Of a stretch of DNA of 64,000 bases, positions 53,142 through 63,777 are shown piece after piece; the stretch's first letter is position 1, and the number at the start of each line of letters is the position of its first letter. This stretch comes from Methanothermococcus sp. Ax23 (GTDB lineage: Archaea > AGJL01 > Methanococci > Methanococcales > Methanococcaceae), in assembly GCF_049075655.1 (NCBI RefSeq), contig NZ_CP157522.1:1312001-1376000 (forward strand). Direction: 5' to 3'. The position numbers and the translations under genes are program-made. The notes beneath the pieces are model-generated. The model was given only the letters and a program-made list of their open reading frames with translations. It made no database searches and had not been told where the DNA came from.

Positions 53142-54038
53142 TTATTCCTTCAACCCTAATTTTTCGAGAACAGGGTCGCAGGATATGAAGTGTAAATCAA
53201 GAGCAACTTCTTCTGGTTTCATTCCCATAGCAAGACCTAACAACTGTGAGTAGTGTATAACAGGTAACGAATATTCTCTTCCGAATTTCTCTTTTATCTC
53301 TATCTGACCTCTATCAAACTGCAAGTGGCAGAATGGACATACTTCTGTGATACAGTCAGCATTTGCGTTTAGCATGTTTTTAATTTTTGTCTCTGTAATT
53401 GTTAATGCGGTTTCCAAATCTCTTGCTCTTACTCCACCACCTGCACCGCAGCACATCTGTTTATCTCTGTAATTTACTGAGGTTGCACCAATTGCTTCAA
53501 CAAGGGCATCAAATGATTTTGGTCTTTCCGCACTTTCAAGATGCTTAACATCTGTTGGTTTTAAATAGTGGCATCCATAATGAACTGCAATATTTAAATC
53601 TAATGGTCTTACAACTTGCTCAGCAATTTTATCTGCACCATAATCGAAGTATAAAACTTCTGGGAGGTGTCTTACCTTTATTGTTCCTTTAAATTCATAT
53701 CCATATTTTGAAAGAGCTTGATTTACCTTTTCCTTAGCTTTTTCATTTTCATGTAATATATGGTTTGCTTCATACAATGAACCGTAGCATCCGTTGCAAA
53801 TTGTCAATACATCCATTTCATTCTCTTCTGCAATGCATAAATTTCTTGCTGCTAAGGTGAGCCATGTAGGCAAGTCAAAGGAACCGAAAACCCCGGGTGC
53901 TGGACAGCAGGAAGCTTTTTCGAAAGGGTGTAATTTTATACCTAATTTATCTAATGCCTTGTAGGTTGCACTTTCTATACCTGGGTATCTGTTTGGCGCG
54001 ATACATCCTAAAAAGAATATGTATTCCAAATCACTCAT
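53142..54038 (-). CDS. hdrB: Heterodisulfide reductase subunit B
   Basis: Two CCG domains: FLGC, CCPAPG, CNGC, HYGCH, CCGAGGG, CPFC. Confidence 0.96.
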   Translation of the reverse strand: MSDLEYIFFLGCIAPNRYPGIESATYKALDKLGIKLHPFEKASCCPAPGVFGSFDLPTWLTLAARNLCIAEENEMDVLTICNGCYGSLYEANHILHENEKAKEKVNQALSKYGYEFKGTIKVRHLPEVLYFDYGADKIAEQVVRPLDLNIAVHYGCHYLKPTDVKHLESAERPKSFDALVEAIGATSVNYRDKQMCCGAGGGVRARDLETALTITETKIKNMLNANADCITEVCPFCHLQFDRGQIEIKEKFGREYSLPVIHYSQLLGLAMGMKPEEVALDLHFISCDPVLEKLGLKE

Positions 54039-54098
54039 TTTTTCACCAAATCATTTTTAATTTAATTAACACGTGTATAATCCAATTAATATTATTAA

Positions 54099-54686
54099 TT
54101 ATTGCATATCTGACCATTCAAGGGTTTTAAGTTCTTCTAATTTCTTTGTTTCAGTGTTCAATCCAACTTTTTCGCAGAATCCATTATCCTGCATAATTCC
54201 TCTCATCTGTTCCAATACTTCGGGATATTTGTGTGTTGTTGGAGGAACTTCTGATAACCCCAATTTCTTCCTAACTTCTTTTATTTCATCATTTACTGGA
54301 ACAGCATGACCGGTTAAATAAACATATAAACTTGTTTTTCTGTGAGCAAGTGCCACATATCCCATCTGGAAAGCAACGTTTCTCATTGCTTTAATTACTT
54401 CTGTAATTTTAACATCTCTTGGACATCTTTCATAGCATGTATAACATGTTGTGCATTTCCAAAGGTCTTCACTTTTTACATAATCCCCTAGTCCTAACAT
54501 TGCGGACCTTATTAATTTTCTTGTTCTGTATGCAGTTATTCTTCCGCTTGGGCATCCTCCAGTGCATGTTCCACACTGGTAGCATCTTCTAAATGATTTT
54601 ATTATATCTTCTTCTCCAATAGCCTGTCCTGCTTCTATTAATTTTTCTGGGAACTTTGGATTAAAATCTTTTGAACTTAAAACCAT
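54099..54686 (-). CDS. hdrC: Heterodisulfide reductase subunit C
   Basis: [12 protein letters not shown] and [12 protein letters not shown]; ATG 54686 follows GAGGTGA. Confidence 0.95.
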   Translation of the reverse strand: MVLSSKDFNPKFPEKLIEAGQAIGEEDIIKSFRRCYQCGTCTGGCPSGRITAYRTRKLIRSAMLGLGDYVKSEDLWKCTTCYTCYERCPRDVKITEVIKAMRNVAFQMGYVALAHRKTSLYVYLTGHAVPVNDEIKEVRKKLGLSEVPPTTHKYPEVLEQMRGIMQDNGFCEKVGLNTETKKLEELKTLEWSDMQ

Positions 54687-54918
54687 ACTTTCACCTCTTA
54701 TGTTATTGTGGTATAGATTATATATATAAATGACCATGTGATGTTCTTTATAATACAGTTGTATAATACAGGCGGAATTAATAGTTAATTTTATAAATAA
54801 AAAATAATATACTCTAAAAACACAATTTATCATAATTAATAATGAAAAATTGAATTTATTAATTTTATTTTGTAAATCTTATTTTCGTAAATATAATAAA
54901 AACTCAAAAAGGGATACC

Positions 54919-56046
54919 GTGTATGAAGGAGAAATAGCAATAGGTCCTATCCATTCTGCGATACTTGAACCACATAGATTGAGACTGTTCATTGAAGATG
55001 AAATTGTAAAAGATGCCGAGCTCACCATAGGGGTTAATCATAGAGGTATAGAGAGACTCATGGAGGGGCTTCCACCTGAGAAGGCGTGCATACTTACTGA
55101 AAAAATTTGCGGAATATGTTCCCATATACATTTGTGGAATTCTGTTAGAGTTGTTGAAAAGGGAAGTAATATCGAAGTTCCAGAACGGGCAAATTACATA
55201 AGAATAATTATTGAAGAATTGGAAAGACTACATTCTCATACTTTATTGTTCGGTCATGCATTTGAAATTCTTGGACATGAAACAATGTCTATGAGAGCAT
55301 TCATGCTAAGGGAACCAATAATGCAGACATTATTTGATGTAAGTGGAAGCAGAGTCCAGTATTCTTGTCCTGTGATAGGTGGAATAAGACCAAGATGTAA
55401 TATAAAAGATAGCCAAATTCCAACACTTATTGAACGAATAGAGAAATTTGAAGAGAATTTAAAAAAACTTATAGATAGAACTGTAAATGATCCATTGTTA
55501 GTTTCCCGTATGAAAGATATTGGTGTATTGGACAGAAAAATAGCTGCAAAATATCATGCTTTGGGACCAACTGCAAGAGGAAGTGGAATAAAAAGCGACA
55601 TGAGAAAGATGGGATATGTGCCTGAATATGACCCATTTGAATTTGATGAGGTATTATTTGATGATGGAGATGTTTTATCAAGAGTTGCCGTAAGAATGTA
55701 TGAATGTTTTGAAAGCATCAAGATTATAAAGCAGGCATTGAAGGAGCTCCCGAACCTTCCTAAAAAATTCTATAATCCAAACTATGAAATAACTGAATTT
55801 GAACCTGTGGATATATACAATGAGGCACAGAGAGGTCAGGTTTATCACTCTTATGGAGTAAATAGTGAAGGCAGGATAAGACATTCAATAGTCAGAACTC
55901 CAACAGCAACAAACTTGGCATGCATGGAGGAGATATTAAAAGGATACCATGTATCCGATGCTGAATTAATTATAGCAAGTTGCGACCCTTGTTTCACATG
56001 CACAGATAGGTTAATAATATTAAAACAGGACAAAAATATAAAATAA
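54919..56046 (+). CDS. ehbN: Energy-converting [NiFe] hydrogenase B large subunit
   Basis: [20 protein letters not shown]; GTG start; divergent from hdrC as in Methanococcus. Confidence 0.85.
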   Translation: MYEGEIAIGPIHSAILEPHRLRLFIEDEIVKDAELTIGVNHRGIERLMEGLPPEKACILTEKICGICSHIHLWNSVRVVEKGSNIEVPERANYIRIIIEELERLHSHTLLFGHAFEILGHETMSMRAFMLREPIMQTLFDVSGSRVQYSCPVIGGIRPRCNIKDSQIPTLIERIEKFEENLKKLIDRTVNDPLLVSRMKDIGVLDRKIAAKYHALGPTARGSGIKSDMRKMGYVPEYDPFEFDEVLFDDGDVLSRVAVRMYECFESIKIIKQALKELPNLPKKFYNPNYEITEFEPVDIYNEAQRGQVYHSYGVNSEGRIRHSIVRTPTATNLACMEEILKGYHVSDAELIIASCDPCFTCTDRLIILKQDKNIK

Positions 56047-56129
56047 TTTAATAACTATAACGTAAATATAAAATAAAATAAACATGAAAATTAAAATATT
56101 AGATAATTACAACTTAAAATGATGAAATT

Positions 56130-57848
56130 ATGGATGATGACATATTAAAATTATATGTAAATTCAACATGTCCATTATGCAATATTTTAAAGGAGATTTT
56201 AGAATATAACAATATTAAATTTGAATTAATAAATATAGACGATATATCAGAATCTGAATTAAATGATAAATTTAAATATATTAATAATATAGGAGATATT
56301 AAAAATATTGCATTTCCAGCTATTGTGCTAAACAATGACATAATCGTTGGTTATGATATAGAAAAACTTGAAAAACTATTAGGTAGGAAATTATTAAAAC
56401 CCCCTGTCGCCGAAAAATCATCCGTCGATACTCTAAATAACGCCGATGAGTTGATGGAATATTATAATACCGTTAAGTTATTTAGCGAATATAGAGGTTA
56501 TTATTTAAATCCTGATGAGAAGTATGTTTTAACAGTGCTCAATGCTCAGTTGAAGCGTCAAGAAAATGGAATAAAATATTGCCCATGTAAGCTTGGGAAT
56601 GTGCCCTGTCCCTGTCCCACAGTAGAACATGAGATTAAAACATATGGGCATTGTTTTTGCGGACTCTATGTATCAAAGGAGTATGTAGAAAATTGGAATG
56701 AGGGAGATACTCCATTAATGCTTTCCAATAGAAACATTAAAGAATATAATAACGTCCCAAGTAATATTGATAGCCATTTTTTAAAGGTCCATATATTTTT
56801 TAACAAAAAGTTAGACTATGAGAGCTCCCATAATTCTTCCAACATAAACTTGGAGGAATTTCTTGATAAATCTTATAAGCTGAAAAATAGTGGATATGGA
56901 TTTAAAAACGATATATTGGTTAAGTTTAAAGAAGATGAAGCACATAAAAACCTGCAATTATGGCATAGCAACTTTAATGATTATTACAACAACAAGATAG
57001 AAGATATAACCAGTGATTATGAGTTTGATATTGCAATAAATACTCCAATAGGAATTCCAAATGGAAAAAAGATAGAATTTAAAGGGCTAAGTATTACTAC
57101 AAACTACGGAAATTCACAATATCGTAAAAGATATTTAATTGAGGGGAATGATTCAAATATCCTTGATGTTGTGGATTGCATAATTGTTTTAGAAGTCATT
57201 GGATACATGAATAAAATGATGAACAAGTCATACCTAAAATATGCAAAAGAAATAGAATCTTTACAAAAAGATATAAATCAACTTGTAATTGATATAAATA
57301 TCAATAAAGAGCATTCATTTGAAGACTATTTGTCAATACTGTCCATAAGTGTTAAAAATATATCCGATATTCAAGAGAAAATTACAAAAAAATACAACTT
57401 ATTTGAGTATTATATGGCAAAAAGATTGGGCAACCAAAAGTTTAAATCATTTTTACATTCCTTTGGATATAATGTGAGATATGAGGAGATTCTTAAAGAT
57501 TTTACGCATCTGTTAAATGAGCTCAGTATTATGAAAAACACAGTAAGTGAATTAATAGACATACTTGAAACTAATGTGAATATATCTCAAAACAATAGGG
57601 CAATTAAATTGCAGAATGAAATACATAAAACTGCAAAAACCCAGTTAAATATGCACAGGGCAGTTGAAGGATTATATACAGTCTTTGCAGCATTTTATTT
57701 TACAGAGCTCGCATTGATAATATTTGAAGGGCTAAATCATGCAAAGGTTGTAAAGTATGATGCCTATGTTTTGGCGTCTTTCTTTGTTCCAATTGCTATG
57801 TTGCTTGGAGTTGTTGTAAGTAAAAAATTAAAAAAGAGATATGGTTGA
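56130..57848 (+). CDS. Glutaredoxin + ferredoxin:thioredoxin reductase catalytic domain + DUF3422/CorA-like membrane domain fusion
   Basis: CPLC...FP...VGYD (Grx); YCPC, CPC, CFCGLY (FTR); long helical region ending QLNMHRAVEGL...FY plus two TM helices and a basic tail. Confidence 0.78.
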   Translation: MDDDILKLYVNSTCPLCNILKEILEYNNIKFELINIDDISESELNDKFKYINNIGDIKNIAFPAIVLNNDIIVGYDIEKLEKLLGRKLLKPPVAEKSSVDTLNNADELMEYYNTVKLFSEYRGYYLNPDEKYVLTVLNAQLKRQENGIKYCPCKLGNVPCPCPTVEHEIKTYGHCFCGLYVSKEYVENWNEGDTPLMLSNRNIKEYNNVPSNIDSHFLKVHIFFNKKLDYESSHNSSNINLEEFLDKSYKLKNSGYGFKNDILVKFKEDEAHKNLQLWHSNFNDYYNNKIEDITSDYEFDIAINTPIGIPNGKKIEFKGLSITTNYGNSQYRKRYLIEGNDSNILDVVDCIIVLEVIGYMNKMMNKSYLKYAKEIESLQKDINQLVIDININKEHSFEDYLSILSISVKNISDIQEKITKKYNLFEYYMAKRLGNQKFKSFLHSFGYNVRYEEILKDFTHLLNELSIMKNTVSELIDILETNVNISQNNRAIKLQNEIHKTAKTQLNMHRAVEGLYTVFAAFYFTELALIIFEGLNHAKVVKYDAYVLASFFVPIAMLLGVVVSKKLKKRYG

Positions 57849-57905
57849 ATATCCTTATAAAAAAATAAAAATAAAAATATTAAAAATAAATACAGTGGGG
57901 ATATT

Positions 57906-58283
57906 ATGAATTCAAAAATAAAAGATGTAATGAACAAAGAGTTTATAAAACTCAGTCCTGAGGTAGTGGGCGGTGAAGCAGTTCAAATCCTGTATAAAAA
58001 TAAAAAGGCATACGCCCCAGTAGTTGAAGATGGAAAACTTGAAGGATGGGTTAATGCACTGGATTTATTAGTTGGATGTAAGCACTCAAAAATTGAAGAT
58101 TTGATGCTTTTTGTGGATGAGGTAAAGGTATTAAATGAAGACGATGAATTAACTGATGATTTAATAAATGAAATGATTAAAAATGAGAATATATCATATC
58201 CTGTTGTAAATAATGACAATGAAGCTGTTGGAACGCTATCTGTTTTTGACATATTGGAATATATTTATAACACTAACCGGTGA
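57906..58283 (+). CDS. CBS domain pair protein
   Basis: KIKDVMNK, APVVEDGKLEG, YPVVN...VGTLS..D. Confidence 0.88.
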   Translation: MNSKIKDVMNKEFIKLSPEVVGGEAVQILYKNKKAYAPVVEDGKLEGWVNALDLLVGCKHSKIEDLMLFVDEVKVLNEDDELTDDLINEMIKNENISYPVVNNDNEAVGTLSVFDILEYIYNTNR

Positions 58284-58287
58284 TGCT

Positions 58288-58500
58288 ATGAAAGAATTAA
58301 AACTTAAAATAAGGGGGATGAGTTGCAATATGTGTGTAAAAACCATAAAAAACTTATTATCTGAATTAGACGGCATAATTGATGTAGATATAGATTTAGA
58401 AGGGGGAACTGGTATTATAAAATACGATGAAAATAAAATAACTGAAAATGACATACTAAACAATGAGGCTTTCGAACTGTATCCTGCTGAAAAAATATAA
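58288..58500 (+). CDS. copZ: Copper chaperone (HMA domain)
   Basis: GMSCNMC; ATG follows GGTGA. Confidence 0.88.
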   Translation: MKELKLKIRGMSCNMCVKTIKNLLSELDGIIDVDIDLEGGTGIIKYDENKITENDILNNEAFELYPAEKI

Positions 58501-58622
58501 TACTTCCTTTTATCTTTGTTATTCTCTCGTTAATACTGTTAAACATATATTATAGTATTAATCATATATTGTTGTATATTTTTTATTTTTTTATTTTTTT
58601 CATGACTATATTGGAGGATATT

Positions 58623-60878
58623 ATGAATGTTAAAATTAAAATATCCGGCATGACCTGTGCAGTATGCGCTAAAACTATTGAAAAAGTGCTGAGCAAAACT
58701 GATGGAGTAAATAGCATCACTGTAAATCTTGTAGATGAAAGTGCAGAGGTGGATTTTAATCCTGATGTTATTTCAATTGAAGAAATCGGCAAAAAAATTG
58801 AAAAACTTGGTTTTGATGTTGTTGGAATAGGGGAGGATGAAAATTTAGAGGAAGTGGAGGAGCATAAAGAATTAGAACTAAAAGATAAATTGCATAGGGT
58901 AATTGTAGGGGCTATATTTTCGGTAGTTTTATTCTCCATGATGTATGTTGCTATTCCATACAAACCATATTTAGCTTTTTTACTGTCCTTACCGCCGTTG
59001 ATATATGTTGCAATGCCAATATTTAAGGCAGGTTTTAACTCTCTAAAAACTAAATCATTAAATATGGATGTAATGTATTCAATGGGAATGGGTGTGGCAT
59101 ATTTATCCGCCATTATGGCAACTGCCGGGATTCTACCAAAGGAATTCATGTTCTATGATACTACAATAATGCTTGCTACCCTTTTAACACTTGGAAGGTA
59201 TTTAGAGGAACAGGCAAAGGGAAGAACTTCTGAGGCAATTAAAAAGCTTATGGGCTTAAAACCAAAAACTGCGAAAATAATTAAAGACGGTAGAGAAGTT
59301 GAAGTATTAATAGAAAATGTAAAAATAGGGGATATAATAGTTGTTAGACCGGGAGAAAAGATACCTGTTGATGCTGTTGTGGTTGAAGGGGAGAGTTATG
59401 TTGATGAGTCGATGATTACGGGAGAGCCTGTTCCAAATTTAAAAAAATCGGGGGATAAGGTTATCGGAGGAACCATAAATACCAACGGAGCTCTGAGGAT
59501 AAAAGCTGAAAAAGTGGGGAAGGATACTTTATTATCTCAAATTATAGAGCTCGTCAAAAATGCTCAGTCATCAAAACCAGAAATACAGGGTTTGGCTGAT
59601 AAGGTTGTTAGCTATTTTATTCCAACAGTTTTAATAATAGCTTTAATATCTGCGATATATTGGTATTTTGTAAATGGATTTTTGTTTGCCATAACCATAT
59701 TAATATCTGTTCTTGTAGTTGCCTGCCCATGTGCATTGGGGCTTGCTACACCTACTGCAATAACTGTTGGAATTGGTAGGGGAGCTGAGCTCGGTATATT
59801 GATTAAAGATAGTAGAGTATTTGATGTATCAGACAAATTAAATGCCATGATATTTGATAAAACCGGAACTATTACCATTGGGGAACCTGAGGTCATAGAT
59901 ATAATTACAGATATGGATACTGATGAATTTTTAAGGATGATGGCGATATTGGAAAGTAATTCAGAGCATCCCATTGCCAATGCCATAGTAAAAAAGGCTT
60001 TGGAGCGGAATTTGGATATTGGTAATAAAAAGGCTGAAAAATTTAGGGCAATTAGTGGAAAAGGAGTAGTAGGGCTTGTTGATGGTAAGGAGATAGTCAT
60101 TGGAAATAAATTATTTATTGAAGAATATATGGCTAATAACAAAAATAATAAGAATATTAAGAATAATAAGAACAATAAGGATGATAAAAACGATAAAAAT
60201 GATTATAATTATGAGAATATTGCCAAAAAACTTGAAAATGATGGGAAAACCACTTTAATTGTAGCAGTAGATGGAGAAATAAAGGGAGTTATTGGAGTGT
60301 CGGATAAAATAAAAGAGGACGCTAAGGAAACTATCGAAGCACTGAAAAATATAGGGATAAATACATACATGATTACGGGAGATAACGAAAAAACTGCAAA
60401 AATAATAGGTAAAAAGGTGGGTATTGCAGAAAATAACATATTTGCCAATGTGCTACCAGATGAAAAAGCAAAAATTGTTGAAAAAATTAGAAACAATGTT
60501 GATGGCTATGTGGGATTTGTAGGTGATGGTATAAATGATGCCCCCGCACTTTCAACAGCAGATGTGGGCGTAGCTATTGGAGGAGGGACTGACATAGCAA
60601 TTGAAAGCGGAAATGTTGTTTTAATAAAAAATAGATTAAAGGATGTAGTTGGGTTTGTAAGACTCAGTAAAAGAATATTAAAACAGATAAAACTGAATAT
60701 CTTCTGGGCATTCGCCTATAATTTAGCGTTAATTCCTGTGGCAGCTGGTGTTCTTTATCCCTACGGTGTAGTATTTAGACCTGAGCTCGCTGCATTTGCC
60801 ATGACATTAAGTTCAATTACAGTTGTCAGCTTGTCGTTGCTGTTGAAGAGATACAATCCAATGAAAGATAATAATTAA
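58623..60878 (+). CDS. copA: Cu(I)-translocating P1B-type ATPase
   Basis: [36 protein letters not shown] in TM. Confidence 0.95.
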   Translation: MNVKIKISGMTCAVCAKTIEKVLSKTDGVNSITVNLVDESAEVDFNPDVISIEEIGKKIEKLGFDVVGIGEDENLEEVEEHKELELKDKLHRVIVGAIFSVVLFSMMYVAIPYKPYLAFLLSLPPLIYVAMPIFKAGFNSLKTKSLNMDVMYSMGMGVAYLSAIMATAGILPKEFMFYDTTIMLATLLTLGRYLEEQAKGRTSEAIKKLMGLKPKTAKIIKDGREVEVLIENVKIGDIIVVRPGEKIPVDAVVVEGESYVDESMITGEPVPNLKKSGDKVIGGTINTNGALRIKAEKVGKDTLLSQIIELVKNAQSSKPEIQGLADKVVSYFIPTVLIIALISAIYWYFVNGFLFAITILISVLVVACPCALGLATPTAITVGIGRGAELGILIKDSRVFDVSDKLNAMIFDKTGTITIGEPEVIDIITDMDTDEFLRMMAILESNSEHPIANAIVKKALERNLDIGNKKAEKFRAISGKGVVGLVDGKEIVIGNKLFIEEYMANNKNNKNIKNNKNNKDDKNDKNDYNYENIAKKLENDGKTTLIVAVDGEIKGVIGVSDKIKEDAKETIEALKNIGINTYMITGDNEKTAKIIGKKVGIAENNIFANVLPDEKAKIVEKIRNNVDGYVGFVGDGINDAPALSTADVGVAIGGGTDIAIESGNVVLIKNRLKDVVGFVRLSKRILKQIKLNIFWAFAYNLALIPVAAGVLYPYGVVFRPELAAFAMTLSSITVVSLSLLLKRYNPMKDNN
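60135..60203 (+). repeat. Degenerate 9 bp tandem repeat (about 7.5 units) in copA
   Basis: AATAATAAG-type units encoding [23 protein letters not shown]. Confidence 0.8.
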
Positions 60879-60901
60879 TAAAAATAAAAAATGGTGAAAT
60901 T

Positions 60902-62482
60902 ATGGATAACTTAGAGCTCTTTAAAATACTTTTAAAAAATTATAAAATAAAAAATAAAAATAAAGAATACATTTCACCAAAAGAGATGAATATTACAGAT
61001 AATAATTGCGAGTATTTAGGAATTCCAAAAATAATTCTTATGGAAAATGCTGGTAAATCCATTGCTGATGAAGTTGTGAATTATTTAGATGAAAATAAAA
61101 AAAATAAAATATATATATTCTGCGGACTTGGGAACAACGGAGGAGATGGATTTGTTGCTGTTCGTCATTTAATGGGATACTGCGATTATATGGATGAAAT
61201 CTCAAAATCCTTCGGATTTTTACGATTTCCTTCGCTTCGCTCGGAAATAAATGTAATACTACTTGGAAAGGAGAATGAAATAAAAACCTATGAATCAAAG
61301 GAAAATTTTAAGATTTTAAAAAATATAAGTGAGCTGGATTTTAGGTTAAAAATAAAAGAAGCCATATGCCCAAATGAAATTTTAAAGGTAATTGAAAATA
61401 TTAAATCAGAAAAGGAAAATGTAATAATCATAGATGCCATGCTGGGAACAGGCATTAAAGGGGAGCTCCGAGAACCATTTAAAACTGTGGTAAATGGACT
61501 GAATAAATTAAAAAACGATAATGATAAAAGCAATAATTTGAAAATAATCTCCGTAGATACTGAAACTAAGGGATTAAATGCAGATTTGATAATTACATTC
61601 CACAAATTTAAGTTAGGTAATGATTTAAATAAAACCAATATTAAAAAAATAGGTATTCCACCAATAGCTGAGCATATAGTTGGATGGGGAGATTTAAAGG
61701 CATTAGCTAAAATAAATCCAAATTCTCATAAGGGGGACAATGGAAAGGTTTTGGTTGTTGGCGGTTCTAAGGAATTTTTCGGAGCTCCGATTTTATCTGC
61801 ATTGGCATCTTCAAAAATAGTGGATTTGGTAACTGTTGCATCTGTTAAAAATACAATTGATGCTTTAAGAAACTATCCTGAATTAATGGGTTATGAAATT
61901 GAAGGGGATTATTTTGGAGGGGAGCATGTGGATGAAGTTGTAGAGCTCTCTAAAAAATATGATGTTGTTGTTCTTGGAAATGGATTAAGTGTAAATAATA
62001 ATACAAAAAAGTTTGTAAATGGATTTTTAGAGGAAATGGAAAAATTAAATAAAAAGGTAGTAATAGATGCAGATGCTATAAAGGTTATAGGTTATAATAA
62101 TTTTAATTTTAGTGAGAATTTTATATTCACTCCCCATAAAAAAGAATTTGAATATATGGGACTTAATGTTAATGATAATATGGATATATCCAATATAAAC
62201 TCCACAATAGTTTTAAAGGGAAAATACGATTTAATATTCAATAAAAATAATATAAAAATAAACAAAACAGGAAATGCAGGTATGACTGTTGGAGGAACAG
62301 GAGATGTTTTATGCGGAATAATCGGTGGATTATTTAGTAAAAATGACGCCTTTATTTCAGGATGCTGTGGAGCATTTATAAATGGGTATGCGGGAGATTT
62401 ATTGCTTAAAGAGAAAGGATATTACTATAATGTTGTTGATATATTAAATAAAATACCAAATGTTTTAAATATATTTCAGTAA
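60902..62482 (+). CDS. nnr: Bifunctional NAD(P)H-hydrate epimerase/dehydratase
   Basis: LMENAG, GNNGGDG, DAMLGTG, HKGDNG, DADA, TPH..EF, GGTGDVL. Confidence 0.93.
   Translation: MDNLELFKILLKNYKIKNKNKEYISPKEMNITDNNCEYLGIPKIILMENAGKSIADEVVNYLDENKKNKIYIFCGLGNNGGDGFVAVRHLMGYCDYMDEISKSFGFLRFPSLRSEINVILLGKENEIKTYESKENFKILKNISELDFRLKIKEAICPNEILKVIENIKSEKENVIIIDAMLGTGIKGELREPFKTVVNGLNKLKNDNDKSNNLKIISVDTETKGLNADLIITFHKFKLGNDLNKTNIKKIGIPPIAEHIVGWGDLKALAKINPNSHKGDNGKVLVVGGSKEFFGAPILSALASSKIVDLVTVASVKNTIDALRNYPELMGYEIEGDYFGGEHVDEVVELSKKYDVVVLGNGLSVNNNTKKFVNGFLEEMEKLNKKVVIDADAIKVIGYNNFNFSENFIFTPHKKEFEYMGLNVNDNMDISNINSTIVLKGKYDLIFNKNNIKINKTGNAGMTVGGTGDVLCGIIGGLFSKNDAFISGCCGAFINGYAGDLLLKEKGYYYNVVDILNKIPNVLNIFQ
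61196..61248. repeat. 48 nt in-frame double-hairpin insertion in nnr
   Basis: AAAATCC-TTC-GGATTTT plus ATTTCC...GCTTCGC...GGAAAT between GAAAT copies 48 nt apart; homologous to 4718-4769. Confidence 0.78.
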
Positions 62483-62532
62483 TATATATTATATACGAGC
62501 ATATCCGACTAATAAATTATAAAAGGGGTATT

Positions 62533-63426
62533 ATGGAAGATGAATATTCAAAAGCAGATTTACACATTCATTCAAAATATTCAGGGATAATGAAATACAT
62601 GGGGCTAAAATTTCCAGATTCTGTGGAGGAACCAAGAAATATTATGAAGCATGCCAAAAAGAAAGGTTTAGATGTAATTGCCATTACGGACCATAACACT
62701 ATAAGGGGAGGGTTAGAAACTAAAAAACTTGAAAAAGAATACGGTGTTGAAGTTATTGTTGGAAGCGAGATAATGACGAAAGATGGGGAAATTTTAGGAT
62801 TATATCTAAATGAAGAAATTCCAAAAGGGCTATCTGCTGAGGAAACCATCGAAAAAATTCATGAACAGGGTGGTTTAGCAGTAGCTCCTCATCCATACAG
62901 CCCAATATGTAAAGCAATAGGAGACAAGATTTTTAAATTAAATTTAGATGGGGTGGAGGTATTCAACGCATACCATAGGGATGGAATAGTAAATAATATA
63001 GCATTAAAGAAGGTAATGAAAAATTATCACAAAAAGCCTGTGGCATTTATAGGAAACAGTGATGGACATTTGGCAAAAATGGTTGGTAATGGATATACAA
63101 AATTTGAAGGAACTTCAAAGGACGATTTATATGATGCAATAGTTAGAAGAAAAACATCTTTTGACGGAGCTCCTACACCCCTATCTGATATTATATTATG
63201 GAGCTATAATGTGGTTTATGTCTCTGAAAAAACACTTATAAAATCCATGGTATCTAAAAACGATTTGAATATAAAATTTTATAAAAAACTTCTTGCAATG
63301 TTCGGCGGTTTAATATATATTGCCACACCCCTTCCAATAATTTCCGGGGTTATTGGCAATTACTATCTTAAAAGAAAAGCTAAAAGCAAATTAAAAGAGG
63401 TAAATCTGACCTACTCCAACGACTAA
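62533..63426 (+). CDS. PHP-domain metal-dependent phosphoesterase; last codons supplied by the inserted element
   Basis: ADLHIHS, ITDHN, GSEI, PHP, GNSDGH. Confidence 0.9.
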   Translation: MEDEYSKADLHIHSKYSGIMKYMGLKFPDSVEEPRNIMKHAKKKGLDVIAITDHNTIRGGLETKKLEKEYGVEVIVGSEIMTKDGEILGLYLNEEIPKGLSAEETIEKIHEQGGLAVAPHPYSPICKAIGDKIFKLNLDGVEVFNAYHRDGIVNNIALKKVMKNYHKKPVAFIGNSDGHLAKMVGNGYTKFEGTSKDDLYDAIVRRKTSFDGAPTPLSDIILWSYNVVYVSEKTLIKSMVSKNDLNIKFYKKLLAMFGGLIYIATPLPIISGVIGNYYLKRKAKSKLKEVNLTYSND

Positions 63427-63777
63427 AGTCGTGGGGTTCTCGCTTACGGTAGTAAGCGAGCAACGAAATCACGAAGTGATTTCGTCTAATTTTAGCAGGG
63501 TTTAACCCTACAAGGGTGGCCAAGCCCACTACCCCTATCTCCGTTTAGGAGATTCAGGGCTACGCTATGCACTTCCAACCACTACCAGCGGTAGAGTTTT
63601 TACTAACCCTACCCATAGATACTTGGACTGGTAGCATTATTCACTATGAAACTTCAAATATTTATGTTTTACTACTGACTAATTATAATGTCCGCCTCTC
63701 ATCCAATCTCGTAAGAGATTTTACAAAACTATGTTTTGTATAACGATTAAAATCGTTGGCTTTCTCGGCGGTTTATC
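63406..63777 (-). mobile_element. Non-autonomous IS200/IS605-family element (PATE-like), copy B, 372 bp
   Basis: Reverse complement of 52743-53112 with few differences; preceded on the - strand by TTAC and ending TCAG. Confidence 0.85.

Noticed and set aside
54687-54918. Long N-terminal extensions of hdrC and ehbN in the ORF track
   Set aside because: AT-rich divergent promoter region; RBS and homology support starts at 54686 and 54919
54919-56046. Selenocysteine recoding in the hydrogenase or Hdr subunits
   Set aside because: All metal ligands are Cys codons and there is no in-frame TGA
58583-60496. Long antisense ORFs opposite copA, and similar shadows opposite amt, nadX, ugd and others
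   Set aside because: Mirror-frame artefacts of codon bias in well-supported genes
52743-63777. Composite transposon carrying hdrBC-ehbN-copA
   Set aside because: Copies are inverted, so the outer ends are both left ends, unsuitable for Y1 strand-specific excision; cargo is core and rich in host GAGCTC
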